Sequence record: SRR31156797_1306
Strand: one strand, 5' to 3'
Length of the DNA: 42,160 bases
The notes under the pieces are model-generated. The model was given only the letters and a program-made list of their open reading frames with translations, did not search any database and was not told the DNA's origin. Position numbers and translations under genes: made by a program. Below are positions 15,549 through 25,974 of the stretch, piece by piece (position 1 is the first letter of the stretch; every line of letters begins with the position of its first letter).

Positions 15549-17093
15549 TTAGAATGGAGGAATACCGTGTTTTTTAGCTGGTCTTCTATCAACTTTATTA
15601 TTAGATACCTCAATAGAATGTAATAACATATTACGAGTCTCTTCAGGTTCGATAACAGTATCGATATAACCTTTAGCTGCTGCAACGTAAGGATTTGCAA
15701 ATTTCTCTCTGTATTCTGCAACCTTCTCTTTTCTCATAGCTTCAGGATCTTCTGCTGCCATAATTTCTTTACGGAAGATGATATTTGCAGCTCCATCAGG
15801 ACCCATAACAGCAATTTCAGCATTTGGCCATGCAAACATGAAATCTGCCTTCATATGACGAGAGTTCATGGCAATATAACCTCCACCGTAAGCTTTACGG
15901 ATAATAACTGTAATTTTTGGTACAGTTGCTTCAGAATAAGCATAAAGAATCTTCGCACCGTGACGAATAACACCCATGTGTTCCTGATCAACACCTGGTA
16001 AGTAACCTGGCATATCCTCAAGAGTAACAATAGGAATATTAAATGAATCGCAGTAACGGATAAAACGCGCTGCCTTATCAGATGAATCACAATCCAATAC
16101 ACCAGCTAAAACAAGTGGTTGATTCGCAACGAATCCAACTGTTTCACCATTCATTCTACCAAAACCAATTACGATATTTCTTGCGAAATTCTCCATAATT
16201 TCAAAGAAATCTGAATCATCAGAAATAGCTTTGATTACATTACGGATGTCGTAAGGCTGAGTAGGATCAGCAGGAACAATTTCCTCAATTTTGAATTCTG
16301 GCTTAGGAGGCTTTGGTGGGAAAGCTTTGGCTTTCTTCGCGTTGTGCCAAGGAATAAAGGTAAGTAGCTTCTTAATTTGTTCGAAGCATTCGTACTCGCT
16401 TTGAGCATAGAAATGAGCATTACCTGTGATTTCGCTATGAACTTTAGCTCCACCCAGTTCTTCCATACTAATTTCTTCACCCAATACGGTTTTAATTACC
16501 TCTGGGCCGGTAATAAACATTTTCGAAATGTTTTCTACCACAAACACGAAGTCGGTAAGCGCAGGAGAATAAACAGCTCCACCAGCACAAGGACCAAGAA
16601 TAACTGATAATTGAGGGATTACACCTGATGCTAATGTATTACGGAAAAAGATTTCTCCATATCCGGCAAGTGAATTTACACCTTCCTGAATACGAGCTCC
16701 ACCCGAATCATTAATACCAATCAATGGCACACGCATTTTCAATGCATGATCCATGATCTTTGTAATTTTACGTGCATGCATAAGACCTAAAGAACCTCCA
16801 GCTACTGTAAAATCCTGTGCAAAAATACACACTGGCTCACCGTAGATTGTTCCTGTTCCTATAATAACACCATCACCATGAAGTTGTTTCTTTTCCATAC
16901 CAAAGTCGCGAGCCTCATGCTCAACAAACATATCGTATTCATGAAAAGAATCTTCATCTAAAATAGATGTTACCCTTTCTCTAGCAGTCAACTTTCCCAT
17001 CGCAACTTGCTTCTGGATAGCTTTTTCACCGCCACCTTGAAGCACTTTTTCTTTTCTCTTTCTAAGATCAAGAATGTTTCGTTTCAATGACAT
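15549..17093 (-). CDS. Acyl-CoA carboxylase carboxyltransferase (beta) subunit, propionyl-CoA carboxylase / methylmalonyl-CoA decarboxylase type
   Basis: GKLTARER, QDFTVAGGSLG, DSGGARIQEG, GPCAGGAVYSPALTDF, RKAYGG, KKHGIPPF. Confidence 0.93.
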   Translation of the reverse strand: MSLKRNILDLRKRKEKVLQGGGEKAIQKQVAMGKLTARERVTSILDEDSFHEYDMFVEHEARDFGMEKKQLHGDGVIIGTGTIYGEPVCIFAQDFTVAGGSLGLMHARKITKIMDHALKMRVPLIGINDSGGARIQEGVNSLAGYGEIFFRNTLASGVIPQLSVILGPCAGGAVYSPALTDFVFVVENISKMFITGPEVIKTVLGEEISMEELGGAKVHSEITGNAHFYAQSEYECFEQIKKLLTFIPWHNAKKAKAFPPKPPKPEFKIEEIVPADPTQPYDIRNVIKAISDDSDFFEIMENFARNIVIGFGRMNGETVGFVANQPLVLAGVLDCDSSDKAARFIRYCDSFNIPIVTLEDMPGYLPGVDQEHMGVIRHGAKILYAYSEATVPKITVIIRKAYGGGYIAMNSRHMKADFMFAWPNAEIAVMGPDGAANIIFRKEIMAAEDPEAMRKEKVAEYREKFANPYVAAAKGYIDTVIEPEETRNMLLHSIEVSNNKVDRRPAKKHGIPPF

Positions 17094-17292
17094 AATCTGT
17101 ACATTTAGTTAGAAAATATATATCTCTATATATGTTGAATTTCAATAGCTCATGAAATTCCAAGCTACAACGTTAGTAATTTTTGAGCTAGAAAAAAATT
17201 CTAGCTTAAACTACCTTAATGTTCCAGCTATATAAAATAAGCTCTTTATCCTGATAATCAAAACAATTCGCAAAAAACTATTTAGAATTATT

Positions 17293-18369
17293 CTATTTAG
17301 GTGCAATTCTATACAAATACAATGCTATTATAGTAAACACAATATTAGGTAACCAAACTGCTAACATAGGATTCATATTGCCGTTTGTCGCAAAAACAAC
17401 GGATATCTGCATAAATAGTATAAATGAGAAACTTAACAAAAGACCTATTCCAAGATGTAATCCCATCCCTCCTCTAACTTTTCTTGAAGCTAAAGAAGCT
17501 CCAATTAGAGTCAAAATAAATGTGGAGAATGGATTCGCCATTCTTTTGTACTTCTCAATTCTATAGGCATTAATATTACTATCACCTCTCATCGTTTGCT
17601 GATCGATATAATCGTTCAACTCATTATAATTCATTGCTTCAACAAGATATTTCTTTCGTCCAAATTCCTTTGGGCCAAAATTTAAAGTGGTATCAATTTT
17701 TCTTCCCGATTCGAAAATCTCTTTTTCTCCATCATAATGTCGAATAAAGTAATCATTAATGGTCCATCTCTTGTTTTCTTTATTCCAACGAATATATTTT
17801 GAGGTTAACTTCGACACCAATTCCTTACCTTCAAATTTCTCCAATGCAAATCGATACCCAGTATTACTTGAGGTTTCCCAGTTCTGCATATAAATAAAAA
17901 CACCTGGTTCTATTTGCCTATGAATATTTCTTTCCTTGTTTCGATATTGCTTTTTGATATAAGTTTCGGTAAAATCTATTCTCTTCTGATTTGCAGGTGG
18001 AATAATATAATTACTCAGCATAAAAGAAAAAACACCAATAACCAATGCCGATAAAAAATAGGGGAACATCATCCTTCGGAAACTTATTCCACTACTTAAA
18101 ATGGCAATAATCTCAGTATCGTAAGCCATCTTTGAGGTAAAAAAGATTACCGCAATAAATGTGAACAGTGCACTAAAGAGATTGGCAAAATACGGTATAA
18201 AGTTCAGGTAATAATCAAATAAAACAGCTTTAAGTGGAGCTTCCTTGTCAATAAATTCATCAATATGTTCGGAAAAATCAAATATCACTGATATACTGAT
18301 AATCAAAACAATGGCAAAAAAGAAAGTTCCTAAAAACTTACGAATAATGTATAAATCTAATTTTCTCAA
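17293..18369 (-). CDS. LptF/LptG family LPS export permease
   Basis: LDLYIIRKFLGTF, EIIAILSSGIS..R, WLPN; 3+3 TM layout; TTG start. Confidence 0.92.
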   Translation of the reverse strand: MRKLDLYIIRKFLGTFFFAIVLIISISVIFDFSEHIDEFIDKEAPLKAVLFDYYLNFIPYFANLFSALFTFIAVIFFTSKMAYDTEIIAILSSGISFRRMMFPYFLSALVIGVFSFMLSNYIIPPANQKRIDFTETYIKKQYRNKERNIHRQIEPGVFIYMQNWETSSNTGYRFALEKFEGKELVSKLTSKYIRWNKENKRWTINDYFIRHYDGEKEIFESGRKIDTTLNFGPKEFGRKKYLVEAMNYNELNDYIDQQTMRGDSNINAYRIEKYKRMANPFSTFILTLIGASLASRKVRGGMGLHLGIGLLLSFSFILFMQISVVFATNGNMNPMLAVWLPNIVFTIIALYLYRIAPK

Positions 18370-18489
18370 AACCTGTTATTTAATTTCTAATATTTCCGAA
18401 AATCCTCGAAAATAAACTTACCGGAATAAAAGTAAAACTTATTCTTCAAATAGCAATTAGCCTTTCTCTAATGTAAGGTTTTTTAACAC

Positions 18490-19620
18490 TTACAAGCGAG
18501 TTGCTAACTTTTTAACCATGATATCTTTCCAAGCAGAAAATGTTCCAGCATTAATATGCTCACGAGCCTCTCTAACTAACCATAAGTAAAATGCCAAATT
18601 GTGAATACTACAAATTTGAGATCCTAACAGTTCGCCAGAATGAATCAAGTGTCGAACATAAGCTTTTGAATAGGCTTGATCCACAAATGAAGTTCCATTT
18701 GGATCAATCTTCGAAAAATCGTCAGCCCATTTCTTATTTTTAATATTGATGATACCTTCACTCGTAAAAATCATACCATTTCGTCCATTACGAGTTGGCA
18801 TAACGCAGTCGAACATATCAACACCTCTGGAAATAGCTTCCAGAATATTTACCGGTGTTCCTACGCCCATTAAATACCGCGGCTTATCTTCTGGTAGAAC
18901 ATCATTCACCACTTCAATCATGGAATACATTTCTTCCACAGGTTCACCTACTGCTAAACCTCCAATTGCATATCCTTCTCGATCAAGAGAAGCTGCATGT
19001 TCCGCGGCTTTAACTCTTAAATCATTGTATACACAACCCTGAACAATAGGAAACAATGTTTGAGAATATCCATATTTAGCTTCGGTTTCATCAAATCTTT
19101 TCACACAACGCTCCAACCAACGCTGAGTCAACCCTAATGAATTTTTAGCATATTCATAGGTCGATGTTCCCGGAGGACACTCATCAAAAGCCATTATGAT
19201 ATCAGCCCCAATTGTTCTCTGAATATCCATCACATTTTCAGGAGTAAAAAAATGCTTCGATCCATCAATATGAGATCTAAACATAGCTCCTTCTTCAGTC
19301 AACTTACGATTATCAGCTAATGAAAATACTTGAAATCCTCCACTATCGGTCAGTATAGGACGTTCCCACCCATTAAACTTGTGCAAACCTCCTGCTTTCT
19401 CAAGAACATCCAAACCAGGACGCAAATACAAATGGTAAGTATTTCCTAGTATTATTTCAGCATTAACATCATCTCTCAACTCACGTTGGTGTACTCCCTT
19501 AACAGATCCCAGAGTTCCAACTGGCATAAATATAGGAGTTTGTATTTTTCCATGATCGGTTGTAATCTCTCCTGTTCTTGCAGAAGATTTTGGATCTGTA
19601 TTTTGTAATTTAAAATCCAT
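18490..19620 (-). CDS. tgt: tRNA-guanine transglycosylase
   Basis: TPIFMPVGT, NTYHL, TDSGGFQVFSL, DCVMPTRNGR; start moved to ATG 19620 (TATCTTTG promoter at 19678-19671). Confidence 0.97.
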   Translation of the reverse strand: MDFKLQNTDPKSSARTGEITTDHGKIQTPIFMPVGTLGSVKGVHQRELRDDVNAEIILGNTYHLYLRPGLDVLEKAGGLHKFNGWERPILTDSGGFQVFSLADNRKLTEEGAMFRSHIDGSKHFFTPENVMDIQRTIGADIIMAFDECPPGTSTYEYAKNSLGLTQRWLERCVKRFDETEAKYGYSQTLFPIVQGCVYNDLRVKAAEHAASLDREGYAIGGLAVGEPVEEMYSMIEVVNDVLPEDKPRYLMGVGTPVNILEAISRGVDMFDCVMPTRNGRNGMIFTSEGIINIKNKKWADDFSKIDPNGTSFVDQAYSKAYVRHLIHSGELLGSQICSIHNLAFYLWLVREAREHINAGTFSAWKDIMVKKLATRL

Positions 19621-19844
19621 ATTGACTGTTTTAATGGTATGTAAAACTCTAGTTTTACAAAAATCGGCAACAAAGATACTAATTAATCTTAGTTCTTTAT
19701 CGAGATGTATAATTCTAGATGATTTGAGCAGATTGTAGCGATTACTTGCATCTTTCATTCTATGAATAAAAACAGACAATTCATCTTTTAAATCCTAAAG
19801 ATTCTCTTATTTTTGGGAATCATAAAAACTAAAACTTAAAACAA

Positions 19845-20960
19845 TTGCCTACTTATTCTCTCACACCGTTTCAATTATTTATTACAATTGGATTTTCAAT
19901 ATCATTCCTAATCTACTTTTCATTTCAACTTTTTTATTTCATAAGATATAAGCGCTATAAATCACTTAAAACTACCCAACAAAACAAAAGTGTTTCCATT
20001 ATCATTTGCGCCAAAAATCAAGCAGAACAACTAAAGGAAAACCTTCCATCCTTTTTAAACCAAAATCACCCTAATTTCGAAATCATTGTGGTGAATGATT
20101 GTAGCACTGATAATACAGAAGAGACCGTTCGCTCCCTCCAGAATAAACATTCAAATTTAAAAACTACAAACATTCCTGTTGATGAAAAATTTAATCACAA
20201 TAAAAAACTAGCCTTAACTATTGGAATAAAAGCAGCTAAAAACGAACAACTTATTTTTTCCAACCCCAACTGCAAACCCGTAAATGAAAATTGGCTTACA
20301 AATACAATAAACTCCATTTGTGAAAACAACTATTCGGGCTATTCTAATTTTGAGAACAAAAAAGGCTTCTTTTATAACTTCATGAAATACGATTTGCTAA
20401 TGCAGAGTTTAAAAGTATCTGCATTCTCATCGATAAGAAAAACCTATGCTGCAAATGGAGATAATATGGGATACTCAAAAACTAACTTTTTCAGTAAAAA
20501 AGCATTCGCTGGTCATTCCCACTTCGAAGCTGGTTACGACCATCTTGCACTTCGTAAAATTAGCTCAGATTCAAAAGTTTCCTCTGCACTTTCTTACGAT
20601 ACTAAAACTCTTATCAGTTCCACTCAAGCACAAGTTGACTGGAAAAAAATCAACCTAGACTACTATATAAGTAGAAAATTTATCCCAAAAGGGATTAGGC
20701 TTTTAATCAACTTAGATTTTGTGAGTAAAGTTTGTTTGTATTTGTTTCTACTTGCTGGATTATTATTTACAAACCTTTACATATTTTTTACCGCCATAAG
20801 TATAGTTGGAATATTTATTTCCGGATACTGTTTTAAAATAATGACAAGGGATTTGAAGGAAGCGAATTTATTTTTATCTTCGTATGTATACGGTCTTATC
20901 AGACCATTTTCGAAATTGCTATTTTATATCAAAAGTCTCATTCTCAGTAAACGATTATAA
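19845..20960 (+). CDS. Membrane glycosyltransferase family 2-like protein with degenerate catalytic motifs
   Basis: VSIIICAKN, VVNDCSTD, KKLALTIGIKAAK; expected FTDADC reads FSNPNC; N- and C-terminal TM helices. Confidence 0.8.
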   Translation: MPTYSLTPFQLFITIGFSISFLIYFSFQLFYFIRYKRYKSLKTTQQNKSVSIIICAKNQAEQLKENLPSFLNQNHPNFEIIVVNDCSTDNTEETVRSLQNKHSNLKTTNIPVDEKFNHNKKLALTIGIKAAKNEQLIFSNPNCKPVNENWLTNTINSICENNYSGYSNFENKKGFFYNFMKYDLLMQSLKVSAFSSIRKTYAANGDNMGYSKTNFFSKKAFAGHSHFEAGYDHLALRKISSDSKVSSALSYDTKTLISSTQAQVDWKKINLDYYISRKFIPKGIRLLINLDFVSKVCLYLFLLAGLLFTNLYIFFTAISIVGIFISGYCFKIMTRDLKEANLFLSSYVYGLIRPFSKLLFYIKSLILSKRL

Positions 20961-21574
20961 TGGAAATAAATCCGAATCTCTCCGAAAAAGCTCAGTACGA
21001 TTACAGGCTAGTTTTAGCCTCGGTTAATGGTGATCAAAAAGCTTACGAGGAACTTTTTAAAAGATATAAGGATGCAATATTTTTCATGTTATTAAAAATG
21101 GTTAATAACAAAAATGATGCTGAAGATTTAACTTTTGAAGCATTCGGAAAAGCCTTTCGTAATATAAAGCAGTACTCCCCAAAATATGCTTTTAGCACAT
21201 GGTTATTTAAGATTGCCTCTAATAATTGTATCGATTTTTTAAGAAAGAAAAAGGGAAATACGATATCAATCGATGGTAAGGATGATAAAGAGAATGAAAG
21301 ATCTATCACGCTTGAGTCGGGAGGTTTAAACCCAGAACAGGAATTTGTAAAAAAGCAGAAGGCAAAAATAATGCGTAACGAGGTTAGTCGATTAAAAGAA
21401 AGATATCGCCGATTGATCGAACTTCGTTATTTTGAGGAATTCTCTTACGATGAAATTGCTCAAGAGCTTAAATTACCAATCGGGACCGTTAAAGCTCAAC
21501 TTTTTAGAGCACGCGAATTACTCTTCAACAATCTTAAAGATTCAGAAGTGAAAATCGAAAAGAAAAAGAAGTAA
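20960..21574 (+). CDS. ECF-type sigma-70 factor
   Basis: DAEDLTFEAFGKAF, FSTWLFKIASNNCIDFLRK, SYDEIA..L..PIGTVKAQLFRAR; start overlaps the GT2 stop (TAATG). Confidence 0.95.
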   Translation: MEINPNLSEKAQYDYRLVLASVNGDQKAYEELFKRYKDAIFFMLLKMVNNKNDAEDLTFEAFGKAFRNIKQYSPKYAFSTWLFKIASNNCIDFLRKKKGNTISIDGKDDKENERSITLESGGLNPEQEFVKKQKAKIMRNEVSRLKERYRRLIELRYFEEFSYDEIAQELKLPIGTVKAQLFRARELLFNNLKDSEVKIEKKKK

Positions 21575-21650
21575 TTTCTTTTTTGACTTGAGTTAAACTC
21601 ATAGCTTCCAAATTAGTTTTTTATCTTTGCCAACTCAAATTACAATTGGC

Positions 21651-22271
21651 ATGGAAATCATTGAAAAATATTTTACGGACTTAACTGAGGATCAAAAAGA
21701 CAAATTTTCTCAGCTGCAATCTCTATACACTCATTGGAACGATCAAATCAATGTTATTTCACGAAAAGATATTGATTCATTGTATCTACATCATGTGTTG
21801 CATTCTCTTTCAATAGCAAAGGTGATTCAATTTGAACCAGGCACCAAAATTATGGATGTTGGTTGCGGTGGTGGATTTCCAGGAATACCTTTGGCAATAA
21901 TGTTTCCAGAAACTGATTTTTTCCTTGTAGATTCAATCGGAAAAAAGATAAAAGTGGTAAATGAAGTAGCTGCAGCACTAGGATTAAAGAATATACGCGC
22001 AGAACACACTAGAGTTCAGCAAGTAAAAGACAAATTTGATTTTATTGTCAGCCGAGCCGTGACTGCATTTCCAAAGTTTGTAAACATGGTTCGTAAAAAT
22101 AGTGAGCAAAAAGATAAAAATAGTTTAGCCAATGGAATTCTCTATATTAAGGGTGGAGATTTTCAGGAAGAAATCGCTGGATACGGCGATAAAGTAATGC
22201 TTTTCGACTGTACCGACTTTTTTAAAGAGGAGTTCTTTGAAACTAAAAAAGTTGTACATCTTGAGCTTTAA
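21651..22271 (+). CDS. rsmG: 16S rRNA m7G527 methyltransferase
   Basis: WNDQINVISR, HVLHSL, DVGCGGGFPGIPLAI, VSRAV; start ATG 21651 after TATCTTTG at 21622. Confidence 0.96.
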   Translation: MEIIEKYFTDLTEDQKDKFSQLQSLYTHWNDQINVISRKDIDSLYLHHVLHSLSIAKVIQFEPGTKIMDVGCGGGFPGIPLAIMFPETDFFLVDSIGKKIKVVNEVAAALGLKNIRAEHTRVQQVKDKFDFIVSRAVTAFPKFVNMVRKNSEQKDKNSLANGILYIKGGDFQEEIAGYGDKVMLFDCTDFFKEEFFETKKVVHLEL

Positions 22272-22374
22272 TGAATTTTTTTTCGAACATCCTTTTGTCA
22301 GATTAAAAAAAACCTTATTTTTGCAGTCCAAAATCAACGCATATAATAACTTTATTAGATAAAAATTTTTCGCG

Positions 22375-22533
22375 ATGAAAAGAACATTTCAACCATCAAA
22401 TAGAAAGAGAAGAAATAAACACGGTTTCAGAGAAAGAATGTCTTCTGTAAGCGGAAGAGCCGTATTATCTCGTAGAAGAGCTAAAGGCAGAAAGAAAGTT
22501 TCTGTATCTAGCGAACGCAGACACAAAGCTTAA
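22375..22533 (+). CDS. rpmH: 50S ribosomal protein L34
   Basis: Too short for the ORF track. Translates as [60 protein letters not shown] promoter at 22316-22323. Confidence 0.98.
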   Translation: MKRTFQPSNRKRRNKHGFRERMSSVSGRAVLSRRRAKGRKKVSVSSERRHKA

Positions 22534-22559
22534 TTTTTAATTAAGTAACCGATATACAG

Positions 22560-22590
22560 AAAGTAAGGAATATCTATTCTTTACTTTTTT
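22560..22590 (+). terminator. rpmH terminator
   Basis: AAAGTAAGGAA/TTCTTTACTTT stem plus T tract. Confidence 0.6.
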
Positions 22591-22621
22591 GTATTTTACA
22601 GTGTTAGCAAACAATGATGGG

Positions 22622-22646
22622 AGTTCCAGAGGAACTCTTTTTTTTT
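22622..22646 (+). terminator. Second intrinsic terminator downstream of rpmH
   Basis: GAGTTCC-AGA-GGAACTC followed by a long T run. Confidence 0.65.
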
Positions 22647-22872
22647 GCCTTAAAATCTACACTCTAATAATCGATGTAAGTAGTAAATCATTTTCAAGCT
22701 CGATGAAATATAGGCTCAAATTTCATTTTTAGGTTTCTTAAATCTAAAAATCTCTGTTATTTTTGTAAGATGTGATAAGTTAAGAATATGAATATTTTCT
22801 TTCCGACTTACACAATTACATAGCTCTGTAAGCAGTTATTTAAAATATCTGCCAATCAAAAATCAAAAACGG

Positions 22873-23700
22873 ATGAAATCAGGAAATTTCTTTAAAAGTA
22901 AACTATTCCTATTCCAAATGGGACTTGCTTTACTAATTACAATTGTTTTGGTATGGATTACGCTATCAGGATTAAAATGGTATACACATCATGGTGAAAA
23001 ACTTAGTGTACCAGATCTTTATGGATCAAGTCTGGAAGATGCAGCCAACATAATAGAATCAGAAAATTTAAGATACTCTGTTTACGATTCTATTTATGAT
23101 CCAAAGTTAGAGCCCGGAACCGTTTTAGACCAAAGACCTATTGCCGGAGCTATTGTTAAAAGAAACAGAAATCTATTTTTAACCATCAATGCTCATAAAC
23201 CAGAACAGGTTCGTTTTCCAAATTTGGTTGACAATTCCTTCCGCCAGGCTTATGAGTTATTAATGACAAATGGATTTAAAATTGGTCGCTTAGAATACAA
23301 GGAAAGTCAATTCTTTAACTTGGTACTTTACCCAAAATACAAGGGAGACTCAATTAACGCTGGAAGCATGATCAACAAAGGTGCTACCATTGATTTGGTT
23401 TTGGGCAGAGGAAAAACCTTTGGAATTTTAGCTCCAAACCTTATGGGGAAAAGCCAAATCCAGGCAAAAGAAAAAATCATATTATCGAATCTTAATTTAG
23501 GTTCAACTCGTTACGATGAATCAGTTCAAAATCACATAGATTCGTTGAAAGCTAAGGTTTTCAAACAATATCCTACCTATAATGAAGATAGAAAAATAAG
23601 ACCTGGGAGCAATATTGATGTTTGGCTTACAACCGATACAATAAAACTGCACCAAGCTGATTCAATTTTACAAAAAAGATTAAGCAAATTGCTTTACTAA
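22873..23700 (+). CDS. PASTA domain membrane protein
   Basis: N-terminal TM, YTHHGE..VPDL, three PASTA-like repeats. Confidence 0.9.
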   Translation: MKSGNFFKSKLFLFQMGLALLITIVLVWITLSGLKWYTHHGEKLSVPDLYGSSLEDAANIIESENLRYSVYDSIYDPKLEPGTVLDQRPIAGAIVKRNRNLFLTINAHKPEQVRFPNLVDNSFRQAYELLMTNGFKIGRLEYKESQFFNLVLYPKYKGDSINAGSMINKGATIDLVLGRGKTFGILAPNLMGKSQIQAKEKIILSNLNLGSTRYDESVQNHIDSLKAKVFKQYPTYNEDRKIRPGSNIDVWLTTDTIKLHQADSILQKRLSKLLY

Positions 23701-23715
23701 TATACAACTAGAAAA

Positions 23716-24777
23716 ATGACAGAACAGGAACCAAAAGAAAATTTCAACACAGAGGAGGAATTTGATAGCAATCAGGAGGTGTTTGAACATTTTCGATTTG
23801 AAGTGGATCCAGGACAGAGCTTGCTTCGTATCGACAAATATTTAGTTGATAGAATGCAAAATGCGTCGAGAAATAAAATTCAGGATGCTGCCAATGCAGG
23901 CTGTATTCATGTAAATGATATTCCTGTAAAAAGGAACTATAAGGTTAAACCAAACGATGTAATTACCATTGTATTGAGTTATCCACCACGCGAAATTGAA
24001 ATCATTGCTCAGGATATTCCATTGAATATTGTTTATGAAGATGATTCCTTTTTAATTGTGAATAAAAATCCAGGAATGGTAGTACATCCATCTTACGGAC
24101 ACTATTCTGGTACATTGGTTAATGCTTTGGCATATCACCTTAAAGATTTACCTCTTTTCAATTCTGAAGATCCTCGACCAGGTTTGGTACATCGAATTGA
24201 TAAGGACACTTCTGGAATTTTGGTTATTGCAAAGACCGAAGAAGCAAAAACAAAATTGGGACTTCAATTCTTTAATAAAACCAGCGATAGAAAGTATCGT
24301 GCCTTAGTTTGGGGTAATTTAGAGAACGACGAAGGAACCATAACGGGTAATATCGGTAGAAACTTAAAAAACCGTAAGGTTATGGATGTTTTCCCTGAAG
24401 GAGAAGAGTATGGAAAACATGCCGTTACTCACTATAGAGTATTGGAACGATTGGGCTATGTTAATTTGGTGGAATGTATTCTGGAAACAGGCAGAACTCA
24501 TCAAATTCGTGCACATTTTAAGCACATTGGTCATCCTCTTTTCAACGATGCTGATTATGGTGGAGATCAAATCTTAAAAGGAACAACCTTTACCAAGTAC
24601 AAACAATTTGTTCAAAATTGCTTTAAAACCTGTCCAAGGCAAGCGCTTCATGCAAAAACTTTAGGTTTTGATCATCCAGCAACAGGAGAATATATTTCTT
24701 TTGATTCGGAGATTCCGGAAGACATGAGTACCGTTATTCAAAAATGGAGAGATTATACATCTTTTAGAGAAGAATAA
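23716..24777 (+). CDS. RluA/RluD family pseudouridine synthase
   Basis: S4 domain, LVHRIDKDTSG, LETGRTHQIR, QALHA. Confidence 0.95.
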   Translation: MTEQEPKENFNTEEEFDSNQEVFEHFRFEVDPGQSLLRIDKYLVDRMQNASRNKIQDAANAGCIHVNDIPVKRNYKVKPNDVITIVLSYPPREIEIIAQDIPLNIVYEDDSFLIVNKNPGMVVHPSYGHYSGTLVNALAYHLKDLPLFNSEDPRPGLVHRIDKDTSGILVIAKTEEAKTKLGLQFFNKTSDRKYRALVWGNLENDEGTITGNIGRNLKNRKVMDVFPEGEEYGKHAVTHYRVLERLGYVNLVECILETGRTHQIRAHFKHIGHPLFNDADYGGDQILKGTTFTKYKQFVQNCFKTCPRQALHAKTLGFDHPATGEYISFDSEIPEDMSTVIQKWRDYTSFREE

Positions 24778-24792
24778 AATAGTAAGATATCA

Positions 24793-25764
24793 ATGAAAAG
24801 AACAATTGCAGTTATTGCCGGAGGCGATTCAGCTGAAATAGTTATATCGCGTCAAACAGCAGATCATATTTTCAACACTCTGGATAGGGAACTTTATGCT
24901 CCATATTTACTAGAGATGATCGGTTTAAAATGGAATGTGAAAATAAATGAGCAATCCTACCCTATCGATAAAAATGATTTCAGTTTTACCAAAGATGGTG
25001 AAAAAATAAAATTTGATTTTGCCTATATAGCCATTCACGGAACACCGGGTGAAAATGGAGTTCTACAAGGATATCTGCAATTACTTCAAATACCTCATTC
25101 AACTTGCGGTGTTTTAAGTAGTTCTTTAAGCTTTAACAAGCATGCTTGTAATTCTTATCTTCAGAATTTAGGTTTCAAAATTGCAAAATCAGTTCTTCTA
25201 AAAAAGAATGAAACGTATTCCATTGCTGATATTCATACAAAATTAGGCATGCCTTGCTTTGTTAAACCAAATGCTGATGGATCTAGTTTCGGTATCTCTA
25301 AAGTGAAAAAAGTTGCCGATTTAGAAGAAGCAATTCAAAAAGCATTTAATGAAGGAAACGAAGTGATAATCGAAGAATTCATCGATGGTTTGGAGTTTAC
25401 CTGTGGATTGGTAAAAACGAAGAAAGAGAGTTTACTTTTTCCGGTAACAGAAGTACTTCCTAAAAAAGAGTTTTTTGACTTTGAAGCTAAATATGATCCA
25501 GATATGGCTGAAGAAATTACTCCGGCAAGAATTTCTGTAGATCTTACCAAACAAATTCAAAACCTATCATCGAATATTTACGATGCATTAAAATGCAAAG
25601 GCATTGTGCGTGTTGATTATATGATTAGAGGTGAAGAAATAATTGTTCTGGAAGCAAACACCGTTCCTGGTATGACTGCAAACAGTTTTATACCAAAACA
25701 AGTTGCAGCAATGAACCGAGATTTAAAAGATATCCTAAGTTTAGTTATAGAAAATGAATTTTAA
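24793..25764 (+). CDS. ddl: D-alanine--D-alanine ligase
   Basis: IHGTPGENG, FVKP..GSSFG, FFDFEAKY, LEANTVPGMT. Confidence 0.95.
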   Translation: MKRTIAVIAGGDSAEIVISRQTADHIFNTLDRELYAPYLLEMIGLKWNVKINEQSYPIDKNDFSFTKDGEKIKFDFAYIAIHGTPGENGVLQGYLQLLQIPHSTCGVLSSSLSFNKHACNSYLQNLGFKIAKSVLLKKNETYSIADIHTKLGMPCFVKPNADGSSFGISKVKKVADLEEAIQKAFNEGNEVIIEEFIDGLEFTCGLVKTKKESLLFPVTEVLPKKEFFDFEAKYDPDMAEEITPARISVDLTKQIQNLSSNIYDALKCKGIVRVDYMIRGEEIIVLEANTVPGMTANSFIPKQVAAMNRDLKDILSLVIENEF

Positions 25765-25974
25765 TCTCTACAAATAAAATTCATTTAAGGAAGCTTAAAC
25801 TATTGATAAATTGACATTTACAAATAGATGAAAACGAAAAAAAAGTATATTTTTTTTCGTTTTTTTTTATCCTCTTGAAAGGCTTATAAAAAAAGGATAA
25901 TTCTCTTTTTTATGAAAATAACACTCTTAATATCAAGTCGAAAAGAATAAAACAGACCTAACTTTTTTAAAACT

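Noticed and set aside
24793-25764. Possible D-Ala-D-Lac specificity (FFDFEAKY)
   Set aside because: The specificity Tyr of the omega loop (AKY) is retained.
22375-25764. rpmH not followed by rnpA/yidC and no oriC nearby
   Set aside because: rpmH-PASTA-RluA-ddl is, as I recall, a usual Bacteroidota arrangement; no DnaA-box cluster seen.
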